This document shows, one piece after another, positions 34,803-45,502 of a stretch of DNA of 64,000 nt. Location of the stretch: positions 1,546 through 65,545 of the forward strand of contig CAZUVH010000005.1 of the NCBI GenBank assembly GCA_964623775.1, in the 5' to 3' direction. Both the position numbers and the translations under genes were made by a program. The DNA is from an uncultured Candidatus Saccharibacteria bacterium (lineage in GTDB: Bacteria > Patescibacteriota > Minisyncoccia > Phycocordibacterales > UBA2100). The notes under the pieces were generated by a model, which ran no database searches, had not been told where the DNA came from, and was given only the letters and a program-made list of their open reading frames with translations. Positions within the stretch are counted from its first letter, which is position 1; every line of letters starts with the position of its first letter.

Positions 34803-37304
34803 CTACTTTTTCTTCTCGGAGTCAATCTCTTCTTGCGCTTCAAATACGACGAATGATGCGAGCGAATCCCCTTCGCGCATTTTCATGACGCGGACGCCTT
34901 GTGTAGCGCGTGAGAGTGTCGGGATCTCATCGAGGCCCGTGCGGATGGTCTGGGATTTCTTGGACATCGCGACCAATTCACCATCGCCGAGAATGACTGA
35001 TGCACCGACAAGCTGCTTGGTCTTTGCGGTGATCGACATCGTCTTGATACCACTACCGCCTCGGCCTTGTATTTTGTATTCAGAAAGTTTGGTCTTCTTG
35101 CCATAGCCGCTCGAAGATACCGCGAGCAATTCTGCGTCTTTGGCATCTTTGGGTACGACGCCAGTGCCGACGATCGTGTCGCCACCACCGAGCTTGATAC
35201 CGCGCACGCCTGCCGCCTGGCGGCCCATTTCGCGCACATCTTTTTCATCAAATCGAATCGCCTGCCCTTTGGCCGTGACGAGGACGACGCTATCGCCTTT
35301 TTTTACGAAAGAAGCGGAGATGAGCGCGTCACCCTTGTCGAGATTGATCGCGATAAGCCCTGAGCGGCGGACTTCGTAGAATTTATTGGCGGCTACTTTC
35401 TTCACCGTACCGTCTTTGGTCGCCATGACGAGCGCGAGGCCTTCCACGACTTTCTTTTCCTTTGGCATCGCGAGGATCGAGGTGATCTGTTCATCCTGCT
35501 CAAGCGAGAGGAAATTCATGATCGACTTGCCTTTGGTCGCGCGCTTACCCTCTGGAAGATCGTACATCTTGAGCTGGTACACCTTGCCGCGATTCGAGAA
35601 AAAGAGGAGATCCGAGTGCGCGCTCGCCGTGAGGAATTGCGTCACGAAGTCCTCTTCTTTTGTATCAAGATCAACGACACCGACGCCGCCGCGCTTCTGA
35701 CGACGATACTCTGCCGGATTCGTGCGCTTGATATACCCACCGGATGTAAGTACGAGTACGGAATCTTCGTCGGCAATCAAATCTTCGGCCGAAAGGATGG
35801 TCGCGCCGCGCTTCACGATCTTGGTGCGGCGATCATCGCCGTATTTTTCGATGACTTCATTGATCTCTTTGGTGATGAGCGCCATCATCTTTTTTTCTGA
35901 CTTGAGAAGGGAAGTCAGATATTCGATCGCGGCCTGTACTTCGGCGAGCTCATCTTCGATCTTCTTGCGCTCGAGGCCAGAGAGGCGCTGGAGGCGCATT
36001 TCGAGGATCGCATTCGCCTGAATTTCAGAGAATTTGAATTTGCTCATGAGGCCGGCGCGGGCATCATCGGTATCTTTGGATTTCTTGATCAACTTAATGA
36101 TCTCGTCGATGTGATCGAGCGCCTTGGAGAGGCCGAGCAGAATATGCTCGCGCGCCTTCGCCTTTTCGAGGTCGAATTTCGTGCGGCGCGTAACCACTTC
36201 TTTGCGGTGCGCGATGAAGTATTCGAGCAGAGCCTTGAGCGAAAGTGTCTGGGGTACGCCATCGACGAGTGCGAGGACGTTGTAGTGGAAGGTGTCTTCG
36301 AGCTGCGTGTGTTTGTATAGGTAATTGAGCACCGTCTGGGCGTTGGCATTATTTTTAAGCTCGATCACGATGCGGATGTCTTTTGCAGATTCATCACGGA
36401 TGTCGCGGATGCCCTCGAGCTTCTTCTCGTGGACGAGGTCAGCAATTTTTGTAATCAAATCTGCCTTGACGACGCGATAGGGAATTGAGGTAACGATGAT
36501 TTGATAATCCCCTTTCTTCCCTTCTACGATTTCGGCATCGCCGCGCACAACGACCGGCCCGCGACCTGTCGAGTACGCGTGCTTAATGTCAGTCTGGTTG
36601 AAAGCGATGCAGCCGGTAGGGAAATCTGGTCCTTGTACAAACTGCATGAGATCTTCGGTCGTGGCATCAGGATTTTCGATGAGATGAATCGCAGCGGTGC
36701 ATACTTCTCGCAAATTATGCGGCGGGATGTTGGTCGCCATACCGACAGCGATGCCGAGTGTGCCATTCAAAAGAAGATTCGGGATCGCGGCAGGAAGTAC
36801 CGACGGCTCTTTTTTGGTGTTGTCATAATTCGGGCGGAAGTCGACAGTCTCCTTCTCGATATCCTTGAGCATCTCCCCTGCCAATTTGGACATTTTTGCC
36901 TCGGTATAACGGTATGCGGCTGCGCCGTCGCCGTCGATCGAGCCGAAGTTGCCCTGGCCGATGATGAGCGGATAGCGCATCGTAAAATCCTGCGCCATCT
37001 TGACCATCGAGTCGTACACCGCGACGTCGCCGTGCGGGTGGTATTTACCGATCACGTCGCCCACCACGGTAGCTGATTTGCGCGTCTTGGCACCTGAGTG
37101 GAGTCCCGCTTCGAGCATGGCGTAGAGAATGCGGCGGTGCACCGGCTTCAAGCCATCGCGCACATCCGGAAGCGCGCGGGCGGTGATGACGGTCATCGCA
37201 TAGTCGAGATACGACTCGCGCATTTCTGTCGTGATAGAACGCGACACAATTCCTTTTACGGGCACCGGATTTTCTGGTGCCTTTGCGTCTTTTTTCGCCG
37301 CCAT
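34803..37304 (-). CDS. gyrA: DNA gyrase subunit A
   Basis: [29 protein letters not shown], GyrA-box QKRGGVG. Confidence 0.98.
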   Translation of the reverse strand: MAAKKDAKAPENPVPVKGIVSRSITTEMRESYLDYAMTVITARALPDVRDGLKPVHRRILYAMLEAGLHSGAKTRKSATVVGDVIGKYHPHGDVAVYDSMVKMAQDFTMRYPLIIGQGNFGSIDGDGAAAYRYTEAKMSKLAGEMLKDIEKETVDFRPNYDNTKKEPSVLPAAIPNLLLNGTLGIAVGMATNIPPHNLREVCTAAIHLIENPDATTEDLMQFVQGPDFPTGCIAFNQTDIKHAYSTGRGPVVVRGDAEIVEGKKGDYQIIVTSIPYRVVKADLITKIADLVHEKKLEGIRDIRDESAKDIRIVIELKNNANAQTVLNYLYKHTQLEDTFHYNVLALVDGVPQTLSLKALLEYFIAHRKEVVTRRTKFDLEKAKAREHILLGLSKALDHIDEIIKLIKKSKDTDDARAGLMSKFKFSEIQANAILEMRLQRLSGLERKKIEDELAEVQAAIEYLTSLLKSEKKMMALITKEINEVIEKYGDDRRTKIVKRGATILSAEDLIADEDSVLVLTSGGYIKRTNPAEYRRQKRGGVGVVDLDTKEEDFVTQFLTASAHSDLLFFSNRGKVYQLKMYDLPEGKRATKGKSIMNFLSLEQDEQITSILAMPKEKKVVEGLALVMATKDGTVKKVAANKFYEVRRSGLIAINLDKGDALISASFVKKGDSVVLVTAKGQAIRFDEKDVREMGRQAAGVRGIKLGGGDTIVGTGVVPKDAKDAELLAVSSSGYGKKTKLSEYKIQGRGGSGIKTMSITAKTKQLVGASVILGDGELVAMSKKSQTIRTGLDEIPTLSRATQGVRVMKMREGDSLASFVVFEAQEEIDSEKKK

Positions 37305-37344
37305 ATTTTCACGATTCTATCACAAAATGAGCCCTATTTCACGC

Positions 37345-37373
37345 TTGACAGTGCCATGTTGTGGTGCTATAAT
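37345..37373 (+). promoter_or_regulatory. consensus sigma70 promoter
   Basis: TTGACA-17 nt-TATAAT. Confidence 0.85.
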
Positions 37374-37402
37374 GTAAATTGGAACATCAAGGGAGGAGCT
37401 CC

Positions 37403-37735
37403 ATGACTGAGCCGTTTGTCTGGTGTCGTAGGTATTCGTATTTCCAGAAAAAGGAAAACGACCAAGTGTACCACCCTACTCACCTTCCGCCTGCCGGTTC
37501 GGTCGCTCGCTCCGAACCGAGAAAGGCAAAAACTCGGCCGGTGTTGAAGTCGGTCGAATCCCACGAGGATGACTGCATTCGCCTTCCCTCGCACAGCTCC
37601 CACAAGTGGACTGAGAGCGAAGGAGAGCGCGAGTGGTCGTTCAGCAATGACGTCAATTGCTGGAAAACCCAACGCCGCTCGAAGTGGCGCCGCACCAGGA
37701 GCTGCACCATTCTGCCGTCGGAGGTTCGTGTCTGA
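37403..37735 (+). CDS. hypothetical basic protein
   Basis: Own promoter, GGAGGAG RBS and terminator; C-terminal WK..RRSKW. Confidence 0.55.
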   Translation: MTEPFVWCRRYSYFQKKENDQVYHPTHLPPAGSVARSEPRKAKTRPVLKSVESHEDDCIRLPSHSSHKWTESEGEREWSFSNDVNCWKTQRRSKWRRTRSCTILPSEVRV

Positions 37736-37885
37736 GCTTTTCTCACATTCGCCGCCGCGCATCTTCGGATGTCGCGGCGGTTTCTTTTTTTAAAAAATGA
37801 GGGATCTATTGACAACCTGACAACTGGTTGTACTGTGCATTTAGTTGCTTTCGATGCGTACAAACAAGAAAACTGGAGAACCGTG

Positions 37886-38041
37886 ATGTGCAATGAAATG
37901 AAGAAAGTGGGCCGATACGAGAAAATACGTGCAGAAGAGAGGCAGGCAAAAATCTTTCTGTACGGCTGTGCAGTTGTCATCACACTCGTGACCGGCATCT
38001 ACATGTTCCTACAGAATTCTCCTGCACCTTCGATTCACTGA
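37886..38041 (+). CDS. small membrane protein
   Basis: TTGACA promoter, GGAG RBS, one TM helix, terminator. Confidence 0.5.
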   Translation: MCNEMKKVGRYEKIRAEERQAKIFLYGCAVVITLVTGIYMFLQNSPAPSIH

Positions 38042-38088
38042 GGTGCAGTGCCCCGACCGCCGCGTCCACGGACGCGGCGGTATTTTTT

Positions 38089-38454
38089 TTAAATACCGTT
38101 AGGATTAATGAATTGGTTGGTATCCGATTCCCCCACCTGCATCACCGTCTGCTGCTGCACCGCACCACTAGAATTATTTTGATTGCGTAGATCCTGAAGA
38201 TCCTGATTTGATTCTGCACCACGATTATTGATCATCTGCTGCGCCTCTCGGACAGACGTCGGATTGAAATCATTCTGCGCACCGCTGTCGATCTGCATCT
38301 GTTGCGAATTGTTCCTTATTTTCTGTATGAAAAAATACCCCCACGCGATCATGAGGATGATGACGACCGTGATCGCGATGCCGCCTGCGACCACCTTCTT
38401 TTCGTCCTTTTCATTATTCCCTCCCGCGGCTTTCTCGATTCCGGTCTGGACCAT
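38089..38454 (-). CDS. single-TM hypothetical protein (Q/N-rich)
   Basis: TATAAT 6 nt before the ATG; one TM helix. Confidence 0.65.
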   Translation of the reverse strand: MVQTGIEKAAGGNNEKDEKKVVAGGIAITVVIILMIAWGYFFIQKIRNNSQQMQIDSGAQNDFNPTSVREAQQMINNRGAESNQDLQDLRNQNNSSGAVQQQTVMQVGESDTNQFINPNGI

Positions 38455-38528
38455 CGAGTAATTATAACGCACCAATGGCTTGAGGGGCCGTTGTTTGATA
38501 CAGTCGGGTGCAGGAAAGGGAGGTGCTC

Positions 38529-38774
38529 ATGCCAAAGCTTGAGAGTGGTTCGGAAGAAATCATCGTGAGTTTTCGTCGCGGGACGTCTGCGCAGAAAATC
38601 CTCGAACTCGTCGCGGCACAGAATTGCACGCTGCACAACAACTTTGACGGATCGACCCGCGTCAATATCGTCCTCGTCCCGGCAGGCAAACGGCAGGAGA
38701 TGATCAAAAAATTTCAGGCACTGCCCGAAGTCGAACGTGCCTACAGCGCCGGAACACCGACGTTTTTTTCATAA
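38529..38774 (+). CDS. small protein resembling a stand-alone subtilase propeptide domain
   Basis: EIIVSF..G.......VPAG......I..F...PEVE.A pattern; GGAGG RBS. Confidence 0.55.
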   Translation: MPKLESGSEEIIVSFRRGTSAQKILELVAAQNCTLHNNFDGSTRVNIVLVPAGKRQEMIKKFQALPEVERAYSAGTPTFFS

Positions 38775-38817
38775 CACATTAACCTCGCCTCCACCGCGAG
38801 GTTTTCGTTTGCCAAGC

Positions 38818-39438
38818 TTAGGCCGCGAGCACGACGACATCGCCGTCTTTGCCCACCAGATCTTTGCGCTTGAGTGTGAGCTTATCTACCGGCTTCACAC
38901 CTTCGTCGCCTGCTTCTTTCAAAAATTGTTTGAGCGTCTTGTCGTCGTAGAGGATCGGGATGATGAGCTTGGCTTCGAGCTTCACGGCGAGCTTCGCTGC
39001 TTCTGCGGGATTGAGCGTGCCCTTGCCGCCGATCGGGATGATGAGAATATCGGGCGAATCCATTTCCAAAATTTCAGAAGGAAGATCGAGGTCGCCAAGC
39101 GCGCCCATGTACATCACATTGATATCATCGAAGAGCACCGAGTAGACTGTATTTATTTTCCCCTCACCACCATAGGTCGAGCCTGATGGGAATCCGGCGA
39201 CGGTCGTCTCTTTGACTTCGTACTCGCCAGCGCCATCGACGACAAAAGGCTGCTTGTCGCCACGACCAGCTTCTTCGGCACCGTTCATGTCAGGATGATT
39301 GAGTGAGATGAGTGCGACGTCCGCACCGAAATTCGTCGGTTTGAATTCTTTACTCTTCTTTGAGATCGGGCCAAATACGAGCGTCGTATCGCCCGCCACC
39401 GCCTTTACGCAACTACCTTCGTGGAATGTGAGAATCAT
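38818..39438 (-). CDS. MBL-fold metallo-hydrolase-like protein
   Basis: ADVALIS..HPD, GAGEYEV, DILIIPIGG, IIP. Confidence 0.8.
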   Translation of the reverse strand: MILTFHEGSCVKAVAGDTTLVFGPISKKSKEFKPTNFGADVALISLNHPDMNGAEEAGRGDKQPFVVDGAGEYEVKETTVAGFPSGSTYGGEGKINTVYSVLFDDINVMYMGALGDLDLPSEILEMDSPDILIIPIGGKGTLNPAEAAKLAVKLEAKLIIPILYDDKTLKQFLKEAGDEGVKPVDKLTLKRKDLVGKDGDVVVLAA

Positions 39439-39528
39439 GCGGGCTAGTATACCGCGCAATCTTACAATTCGCACAGATTTGCAATATTACGTATTTATTG
39501 TATAATGGTCGCGGCAAAGGAGGATCCC

Positions 39529-39738
39529 ATGACCCCGGCTCAAATCGACGCCCTGCGACAAAGGTTTGCTGGGCACACCAACGTTTTGAAACTGATCGAT
39601 CACTTTGAGGAGAAAGATCCTCGCATTCTCGAATCACTCGGCTATATGACCGAGGAGGGTCTTCTGAAGTCCACGGGACTGCGCTTCACTGATATCGACA
39701 ACTTCAGTAAGGACGTGATGGAGAAGATCAAACGTTGA
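39529..39738 (+). CDS. hypothetical protein
   Basis: TTGCAA/TATAAT promoter, GGAGG RBS and terminator. Confidence 0.55.
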   Translation: MTPAQIDALRQRFAGHTNVLKLIDHFEEKDPRILESLGYMTEEGLLKSTGLRFTDIDNFSKDVMEKIKR

Positions 39739-39910
39739 GAATCCTTACTCAGCCCCCGGAAATAACCCGGGGGCTTTGACTTTACTGGGCTCCTTCTATA
39801 TATTGTGTCCACGGGCTCAGGCCCGATTATTAATTAATAGTACGTTTGGGTAACGCTTCCCTTCCGATAGCCAAGGTAGCGCAAGAAGGATAGCCTCAAA
39901 CGAATCACAC

Positions 39911-41038
39911 ATGTCTACAGCAACATCCGCCCAAGGCGGATCGGCCCTGGGCCGAGACGAGAATGAGGAAGTTATATTAGAAAAGACCGGCCCAATGGCC
40001 GAGTTCTTGAAGATCGCTCCGGAGCCGCCGGTAATCGACGATGTCGTCGAGGGTCCGGTCATCGCGATCGGCCGCGCACGCGTATTCGTAGATCTCCACC
40101 CGTTTGGTACTGGTATCATCTATGGCCGCGAATACCTCTCGGCACGCGAGACTTTGAAGAATGTAAATATCGGCGACACGGTGACCGCCAAGGTCGTCGG
40201 CGCTGAAAATGAAGACGGCTACATCGAGCTCTCGCTCCGCGAAGCTCGCCAGGCACTCATCTGGAACGAAGCCGAGACAGCGATGCAGAAAAAGTCATCG
40301 TTCGAACTTGCAATCACCGATGCCAACAAGGGCGGTCTCATCATCAATTGGAACGGCATTCAGGGATTCCTCCCTGCATCGCAGCTCTCACCTGCTCACT
40401 ATCCGCGCGTCCCGGACGGCGATAAGGAGAAGATTTTTGCAGAGCTCAAGCGCATGGTCGGCACCAAGCTCGAGGTCATGATCATCACCGCAAATCCGAA
40501 AGAGCAGAAGCTCATCTTCAGCGAAAAGGGTGCGGGCGTATCCGAACGAGCATCGCTCGTCGAGAAGTATCACATCGGCGATGTCTTGGACGGCGTCGTT
40601 ACTGGTGCCACCGAATTCGGCGTCTTCGTAAAGATCGAAGAGGGATTGGAAGGACTCGTGCACATTTCCGAAATGGATTGGGCACTCGTCGAGAATCCGA
40701 AGAGCCGCTACAAGGCAGGCGATGCAGTCAAGGTGAAAGTCATCGAGATCAAAGACGACAAGATCTCTCTCTCAATCAAGGCACTCGTAGACGATCCGTG
40801 GAAGGCCGCAGGTGCGAAGTACAAGAAGGACGACAAGGTGGAAGCCGTCGTCATCAAGTACAACAAGCACGGCGCGCTCGCCTCGATCGAGGAAGGCGTC
40901 GCAGGATTGGTACACGTGTCCGAATACGGCACCGAGGACGAACTTCGCGCGAAGCTCGAGCTCGGCAAGGTGTATCCATTCACCATTACCTTCTTCGAAC
41001 CAAAAGATCGTCGCATGACTCTAAAGCCGGTTCAGTAA
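39911..41038 (+). CDS. rpsA: 30S ribosomal protein S1 (four S1 domains), with an N-terminal palindromic insertion
   Basis: NKGGL, GFLPASQL, FGVFV...EGLVHISE, ISLSIK. Confidence 0.93.
   Translation: MSTATSAQGGSALGRDENEEVILEKTGPMAEFLKIAPEPPVIDDVVEGPVIAIGRARVFVDLHPFGTGIIYGREYLSARETLKNVNIGDTVTAKVVGAENEDGYIELSLREARQALIWNEAETAMQKKSSFELAITDANKGGLIINWNGIQGFLPASQLSPAHYPRVPDGDKEKIFAELKRMVGTKLEVMIITANPKEQKLIFSEKGAGVSERASLVEKYHIGDVLDGVVTGATEFGVFVKIEEGLEGLVHISEMDWALVENPKSRYKAGDAVKVKVIEIKDDKISLSIKALVDDPWKAAGAKYKKDDKVEAVVIKYNKHGALASIEEGVAGLVHVSEYGTEDELRAKLELGKVYPFTITFFEPKDRRMTLKPVQ
39926..39955 (-). repeat. 30-bp double-hairpin element, in frame in rpsA, opposite orientation (encodes SAQGGSALGR)
   Basis: TCCGCC-CAA-GGCGGA-TCGGCC-CTG-GGCCGA; 28/30 identical to the reverse complement of the miaA copy. 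Confidence 0.92.
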
Positions 41039-41390
41039 ATCGATCTAACGATCAAAAAGAAAAACCGCCAGCGCAAGCTGGCGGTTTTTTGATCCGAGTC
41101 GCTACTCGGCGAATTTGCAATTCTGGATGAAAAGAACGAGCGGATTGATCGCGACCGCAGATATGTGGTCGGATACTGACGTGCCACCGATCTCATGTGC
41201 GAGTGATTCAATGTGATCAATTACCGCTTGCCGATAGCACCTATGCCGGCAGTCGCATATGTCGCCGACTTTCTCCAGTATCGCTTTTGCACGCCCGAGT
41301 CGGAGCTCCTCCGCCGAGAACGCTTTGTTGCGGTCGCGCGTCTCCCGTATGCGCGACTCAAAGATGTGAATGAGTGTTTGAAACTGCATA

Positions 41391-41771
41391 TCAGCCTCCG
41401 AAGCATTCAGTGAGAAATGCGCGTACTCGGAATAAGGCGGGGAAACGCGAGCTGAGGAAATAGTGATTGTGTCCGCAATGACAAGTCAGATATTCGTTGT
41501 AGCCCGGGAATCCGTGCGCATAATCGATCGATACGTGAGGGCCGTGTCTCAAAAGATAGAGCGGCAATCTGCGCGGCGAACCATGTTTCGGATCACCAAC
41601 TGGCCATTCACCAAAATCGACCTCGCCGACCTGGATTGGAGCAAACAAGAGTCTGATTTGATTCCCACGCGAAATCTCCGAGGGTACGCGCGCTGCGGAA
41701 TGATCCTGCTTATGGAATTTTGCATACGCCCGATCTTTTCTGAAGGTCTCAGCGTCGATGATGCGGCCCAT
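41391..41771 (-). CDS. hypothetical protein
   Basis: AGGAG RBS; CHCGH motif. Confidence 0.5.
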   Translation of the reverse strand: MGRIIDAETFRKDRAYAKFHKQDHSAARVPSEISRGNQIRLLFAPIQVGEVDFGEWPVGDPKHGSPRRLPLYLLRHGPHVSIDYAHGFPGYNEYLTCHCGHNHYFLSSRFPALFRVRAFLTECFGG

Positions 41772-41885
41772 TTTTCTCTCCTATTGAACTGAGACAAGAG
41801 TACGTGGTATTTGATACGGGTCAATCTGTTTGACATGAATTTAAAAAATATGTATTGTAATAAAAGGAAATCAACGGAGACTCCC

Positions 41886-42206
41886 ATGAAAAACGCGCTT
41901 GTAATTGCAGTCTTACTATTCACACTGCCCGGCCCTGCCCTAGCAAGCGACAAGCCGCTCGAAGTAGTCTGCGTCCTCAAGGATGAGGCGGTCGCACGCA
42001 TCAACCTGTTTATCGATGGGTATCAGAGGTTGAGTGGGAAGATCCTCTCCGTAGAGGAGCGGGCCGACATGCTCTCTGACGCACAGAGCATGCTCCCCTC
42101 GTATCTGCGGGTCGTCGAGACCAAGGCGGATTGCCCCAAAGGCACGCGGATCTACCGCACGTCGACGGACCCCAATATCAGACCTCACTACGAGGACAAT
42201 AAATGA
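41886..42206 (+). CDS. small secreted hypothetical protein
   Basis: TTGACA promoter, GGAG RBS, signal peptide ending ALA, two Cys. Confidence 0.65.
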   Translation: MKNALVIAVLLFTLPGPALASDKPLEVVCVLKDEAVARINLFIDGYQRLSGKILSVEERADMLSDAQSMLPSYLRVVETKADCPKGTRIYRTSTDPNIRPHYEDNK

Positions 42207-42234
42207 GCAAAAGCCCCGACGAAGTCGGGGCTTT

Positions 42235-42834
42235 CTATTTGGCGGTATTAAACTCGTTCATCGCGCGCTCGTGACCGTGGAGGACGGTCGTCTCGAGTGC
42301 GACGGAGATTTTTTTGAAAAGGCGATTCAATTCTTCCATTTGCGCGGAAGTGAATTTTGCCAAGATAAAAGTGTTGACCACTTTTTTCCCTTCCGGCTTC
42401 TTCAGATTACCCGCGGCGGTCGAGGGTGAGACGCCGATTCTGATGCGCGTGAATTTTTTCGTCTTGACCGAACGCATAATCGACTCCAATCCTTTGTGCC
42501 CGCCCGATCCGCGATCGTACGACATCTTTACTGCGCCAAGCGGGAGATCAAGATCGTCGTACACGACGATCATGCGCTCCGCGAGTTTCGGACTTTTGAC
42601 CAATTTTGCGACCGCGAGGCCGGATTTGTTCATAAATGTGTCGGGCAAAAGGAGTGCGACGACATTTTTGTCGATCATGCCGGAGGAGGTGGTCGATTTC
42701 GTCTTCTTGTCTGTGTGCCAACCACTAAAATTTTTCTCTTTTGCAAAAAATTCCACCGCCATGCGACCCGCATTGTGCCGCGTCTTTGCGTATTCCTCTC
42801 CCGGATTACCGAGACCGACGATTACCCATCCCAT
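42235..42834 (-). CDS. pth: peptidyl-tRNA hydrolase
   Basis: IVGLGNPG.EY..TRHNAG, TFMN.SG, YDDLD, GGHKG, RIRIG. Confidence 0.96.
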   Translation of the reverse strand: MGWVIVGLGNPGEEYAKTRHNAGRMAVEFFAKEKNFSGWHTDKKTKSTTSSGMIDKNVVALLLPDTFMNKSGLAVAKLVKSPKLAERMIVVYDDLDLPLGAVKMSYDRGSGGHKGLESIMRSVKTKKFTRIRIGVSPSTAAGNLKKPEGKKVVNTFILAKFTSAQMEELNRLFKKISVALETTVLHGHERAMNEFNTAK

Positions 42835-42937
42835 GGCGATACATAGTAGCAGATTTTCTAGGTGCGCAAGACTGTCGGAGTTCGCGTCGCACAATTTTTG
42901 AAAAAAATTCTGGACAAAATGAAAAAATCAACGTGAG

Positions 42938-42946
42938 TTATCCACA
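42938..42946 (+). promoter_or_regulatory. single perfect DnaA box
   Basis: TTATCCACA in the divergent pth/lepB intergenic region. Confidence 0.4.
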
Positions 42947-43010
42947 ATTCGCTCGGCACCACCCTAAAGCACTTGGTGTCAATGATGGCGACGTAGTAAA
43001 ATGCGCGCAC

Positions 43011-43613
43011 ATGCCTCCATCCGTGATGCCAAATGTTCCATCACCGGAGACTCAAAAGAGTGGATCTCGTTCGTTGCTGGGTTATACACTCGTCGCACTC
43101 GCCGTCGCGCTCTTCATACGCTTCTTTATTGCGGCACCATACGTCGTTTCCGGCGCATCGATGGAGCCTGTATTCGACAATTGGCACTATCTCATCGTCG
43201 ATCGCGTCTCATATAGATTGAGTGATCCACAGCGTGGCGACGTTGTCGTCTTCAATATGCCGGGAGACAGCGGCCGAGCACTCATCAAGCGCATCATCGG
43301 CCTGCCGGGCGAGACAATAATCCTTTTTGGCGACGGACCAGGCGTGACCATCATCAACGAAGAGCACCCCGAGGGGCTCACTATCGACGAACCATACCTC
43401 GACCCGACCAATCTGGGCGGCGCTACCGACATGAGAGTTAATTTGGGTGCCAATCAGTACTTCGTGCTCGGCGACAATCGCCGCGTCTCATCGGATTCCC
43501 GCATCTGGGGCGCACTCCCGCGCCAAGATATCGTCGGGCGCGCACTCCTTCGTCTCTACCCGCTCGACAAGCTCGGCGTCTTGCCGGGAGAAGTACGCTA
43601 CCAAACGGATTAA
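43011..43613 (+). CDS. lepB: signal peptidase I
   Basis: SGASMEP, IKRIIGLPG, GDNR..S.DSR. Confidence 0.95.
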   Translation: MPPSVMPNVPSPETQKSGSRSLLGYTLVALAVALFIRFFIAAPYVVSGASMEPVFDNWHYLIVDRVSYRLSDPQRGDVVVFNMPGDSGRALIKRIIGLPGETIILFGDGPGVTIINEEHPEGLTIDEPYLDPTNLGGATDMRVNLGANQYFVLGDNRRVSSDSRIWGALPRQDIVGRALLRLYPLDKLGVLPGEVRYQTD

Positions 43614-43629
43614 TAGCCAATAAATTATT

Positions 43630-44853
43630 ATGATTCGACTCAAAGATACGAAGTTTGGAACAACTTCATCGTTTCTTAATCATGCGATCCGCGTTGCGGA
43701 ATTCTACGGCTTCGCACCGCTCGACGAGATGGATCGCCAGAGTCTGAATATCAATCGCACCAAGAACAAGCCCAAGGGCGACTCCGATTTCACCTTCACG
43801 AGGCGCGACGAGCGCTCCCTCCCAGCGGGTGTGCGCAAATGCGTGGCGTGCGTGCCGGTCAAGGTCAATGCGGAAAATGTGCAGACGCGCGAACCGCTCC
43901 TCGCGTGGCGCGTGTCGGGAGGCACGGCTGCGATGCCGACCAAGGGACTCGAGCTCCATGTGATCGGTACATCCTCCGCGCTTGCCGAGGCACTCCTCAT
44001 CGTCGTTGCGCACGCGATCACTCAAGAGGCCGGTATCAAGCAGCGCGTCTTGTGCGTCAACAACATCGGTTCATACGAATCATCCAATCGATACGTGCGC
44101 GACGTCGGCGTGTATCTGCGCAAGCATATCGAATCAATCAGTCCCACGCTGCGTCCGCGCATCGTCGACGATCCGCTCGGCACGCTCATCCAGCTCATCG
44201 AAAAGGGTCACCCAGCAATCCCACGTGCGCCACAAGCAATGGAATACCTGACCGAAGAAGAGCGCCGCCGATTCTGGGAATTGCTCGAATACCTCGAGAT
44301 CTTCGGATTGCCCTACGAATTGAATGCGCAGGTCCTCGGCAGCCGCGATCTATGGGCACACTCGCTCTACGAAATCTCGGCCGTCGATGAAGAGACGGGC
44401 GCACGCATCGCACTCGCTTTCGGCGGACGCAATGATCCGCTCGCGACGCGCCTCGCTGGTCGCCACACGCCTGCCGCCATGATCACGATCTCGTGCGAAG
44501 TACGCGGCTCGACGCGCGTGAAGCAGGATGCGCGCGGACTTCCGGGTATCTATTTTGCTCATCTCGGCGGCGAAGCGCGCCGTCGCTCACTCTCAGTGAT
44601 GGAGAACCTGCGCAACGCTGCAATCCCTGTGCACCATGGGCTTTGCTACGATCGGATCGGCGAACAAATGGCCGCAGCCCGCTCCCTCGCCGTGCCGTAC
44701 GTGCTCATCATGGGTCACAAAGAAGCGATGGAGGGCACGATCCTCGTGCGCGAAGTCGCCACGAATTCGCAGCAAGCCGTCCCCGTCGCCGAACTCCCCA
44801 ATTACATCAAGCGTCGCCGCGTAGGTAGCTGGAAAATGTCCGAGAAGGCATAG
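43630..44853 (+). CDS. degenerate histidyl-tRNA-synthetase-like protein with an anticodon-binding domain
   Basis: GGRND (cf. GGRYD), C-terminal YVLIMG.KE..EGT..VR; class II motif 2 not recognisable. Confidence 0.7.
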   Translation: MIRLKDTKFGTTSSFLNHAIRVAEFYGFAPLDEMDRQSLNINRTKNKPKGDSDFTFTRRDERSLPAGVRKCVACVPVKVNAENVQTREPLLAWRVSGGTAAMPTKGLELHVIGTSSALAEALLIVVAHAITQEAGIKQRVLCVNNIGSYESSNRYVRDVGVYLRKHIESISPTLRPRIVDDPLGTLIQLIEKGHPAIPRAPQAMEYLTEEERRRFWELLEYLEIFGLPYELNAQVLGSRDLWAHSLYEISAVDEETGARIALAFGGRNDPLATRLAGRHTPAAMITISCEVRGSTRVKQDARGLPGIYFAHLGGEARRRSLSVMENLRNAAIPVHHGLCYDRIGEQMAAARSLAVPYVLIMGHKEAMEGTILVREVATNSQQAVPVAELPNYIKRRRVGSWKMSEKA

Positions 44854-44989
44854 CGCATAGAGGGCGCGAGGCCGTCCGGTATTTCCCGGACGGCCTTTTT
44901 TGAATGTTCATGAATGGGTCATGATTCATTACTGCTTGGACAATGACCCCGTACAGTTACGGCAGTTTATTAATTAACTATTGTCATAT

Positions 44990-45406
44990 ATGAACTATGC
45001 ATTCAGGATCAATTTCGCTCTCGCGCTCGTCGTGATCGCGTTTTTCACTCTCGCGTCCTTTGCGTCGGCGCAGACGACCAACTACTACACCTCGATGAAT
45101 CCAAGCCCAGGAAGCAACCCGAGCGTGACGAATGCAATTCTACCCGGATCGACAAATATACCGACCGGTAACACGAACAATGCGGTTATTCCGGGTGTCC
45201 AAAATACCGGAACTACCCAAGTGCCCGGCGTGCCCAATACGGGCTCGACCCCTCCGGCAAGCTCAGGCCAGGTGGGCCCACAGACTCCCGGAGTTCCGAA
45301 TACCGGGGCGGGCGGCGAATCTCTCGCCACGACGATCGCACTCGCAGTATCGGCGCTACTCGCGCTCGCAGGAATCGTCACGTACCTGAGGACCAGGGAG
45401 ATGTAG
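44990..45406 (+). CDS. secreted low-complexity protein with PxTG repeats and an LPxTG-like C-terminal anchor
   Basis: Signal peptide ending ASA; PGV(P/Q)NTG x3; TM helix plus basic tail. Confidence 0.7.
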   Translation: MNYAFRINFALALVVIAFFTLASFASAQTTNYYTSMNPSPGSNPSVTNAILPGSTNIPTGNTNNAVIPGVQNTGTTQVPGVPNTGSTPPASSGQVGPQTPGVPNTGAGGESLATTIALAVSALLALAGIVTYLRTREM

Positions 45407-45502
45407 TGTCTGGCAGATACAGGGAGGCCTCGCCTCCCTGTTGTGTGCCCGTATACGCACACCTTTACTAAGCCAGGGGGCTGTGATATATTCCCTCCAC
45501 AT

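Noticed and set aside
41102-41413. Small ORFs on both strands after the rpsA terminator
   Set aside because: I cannot decide which frame, if any, is real; no motifs.
42938-42946. Replication origin
   Set aside because: Only one perfect DnaA box; no cluster and no dnaA nearby.
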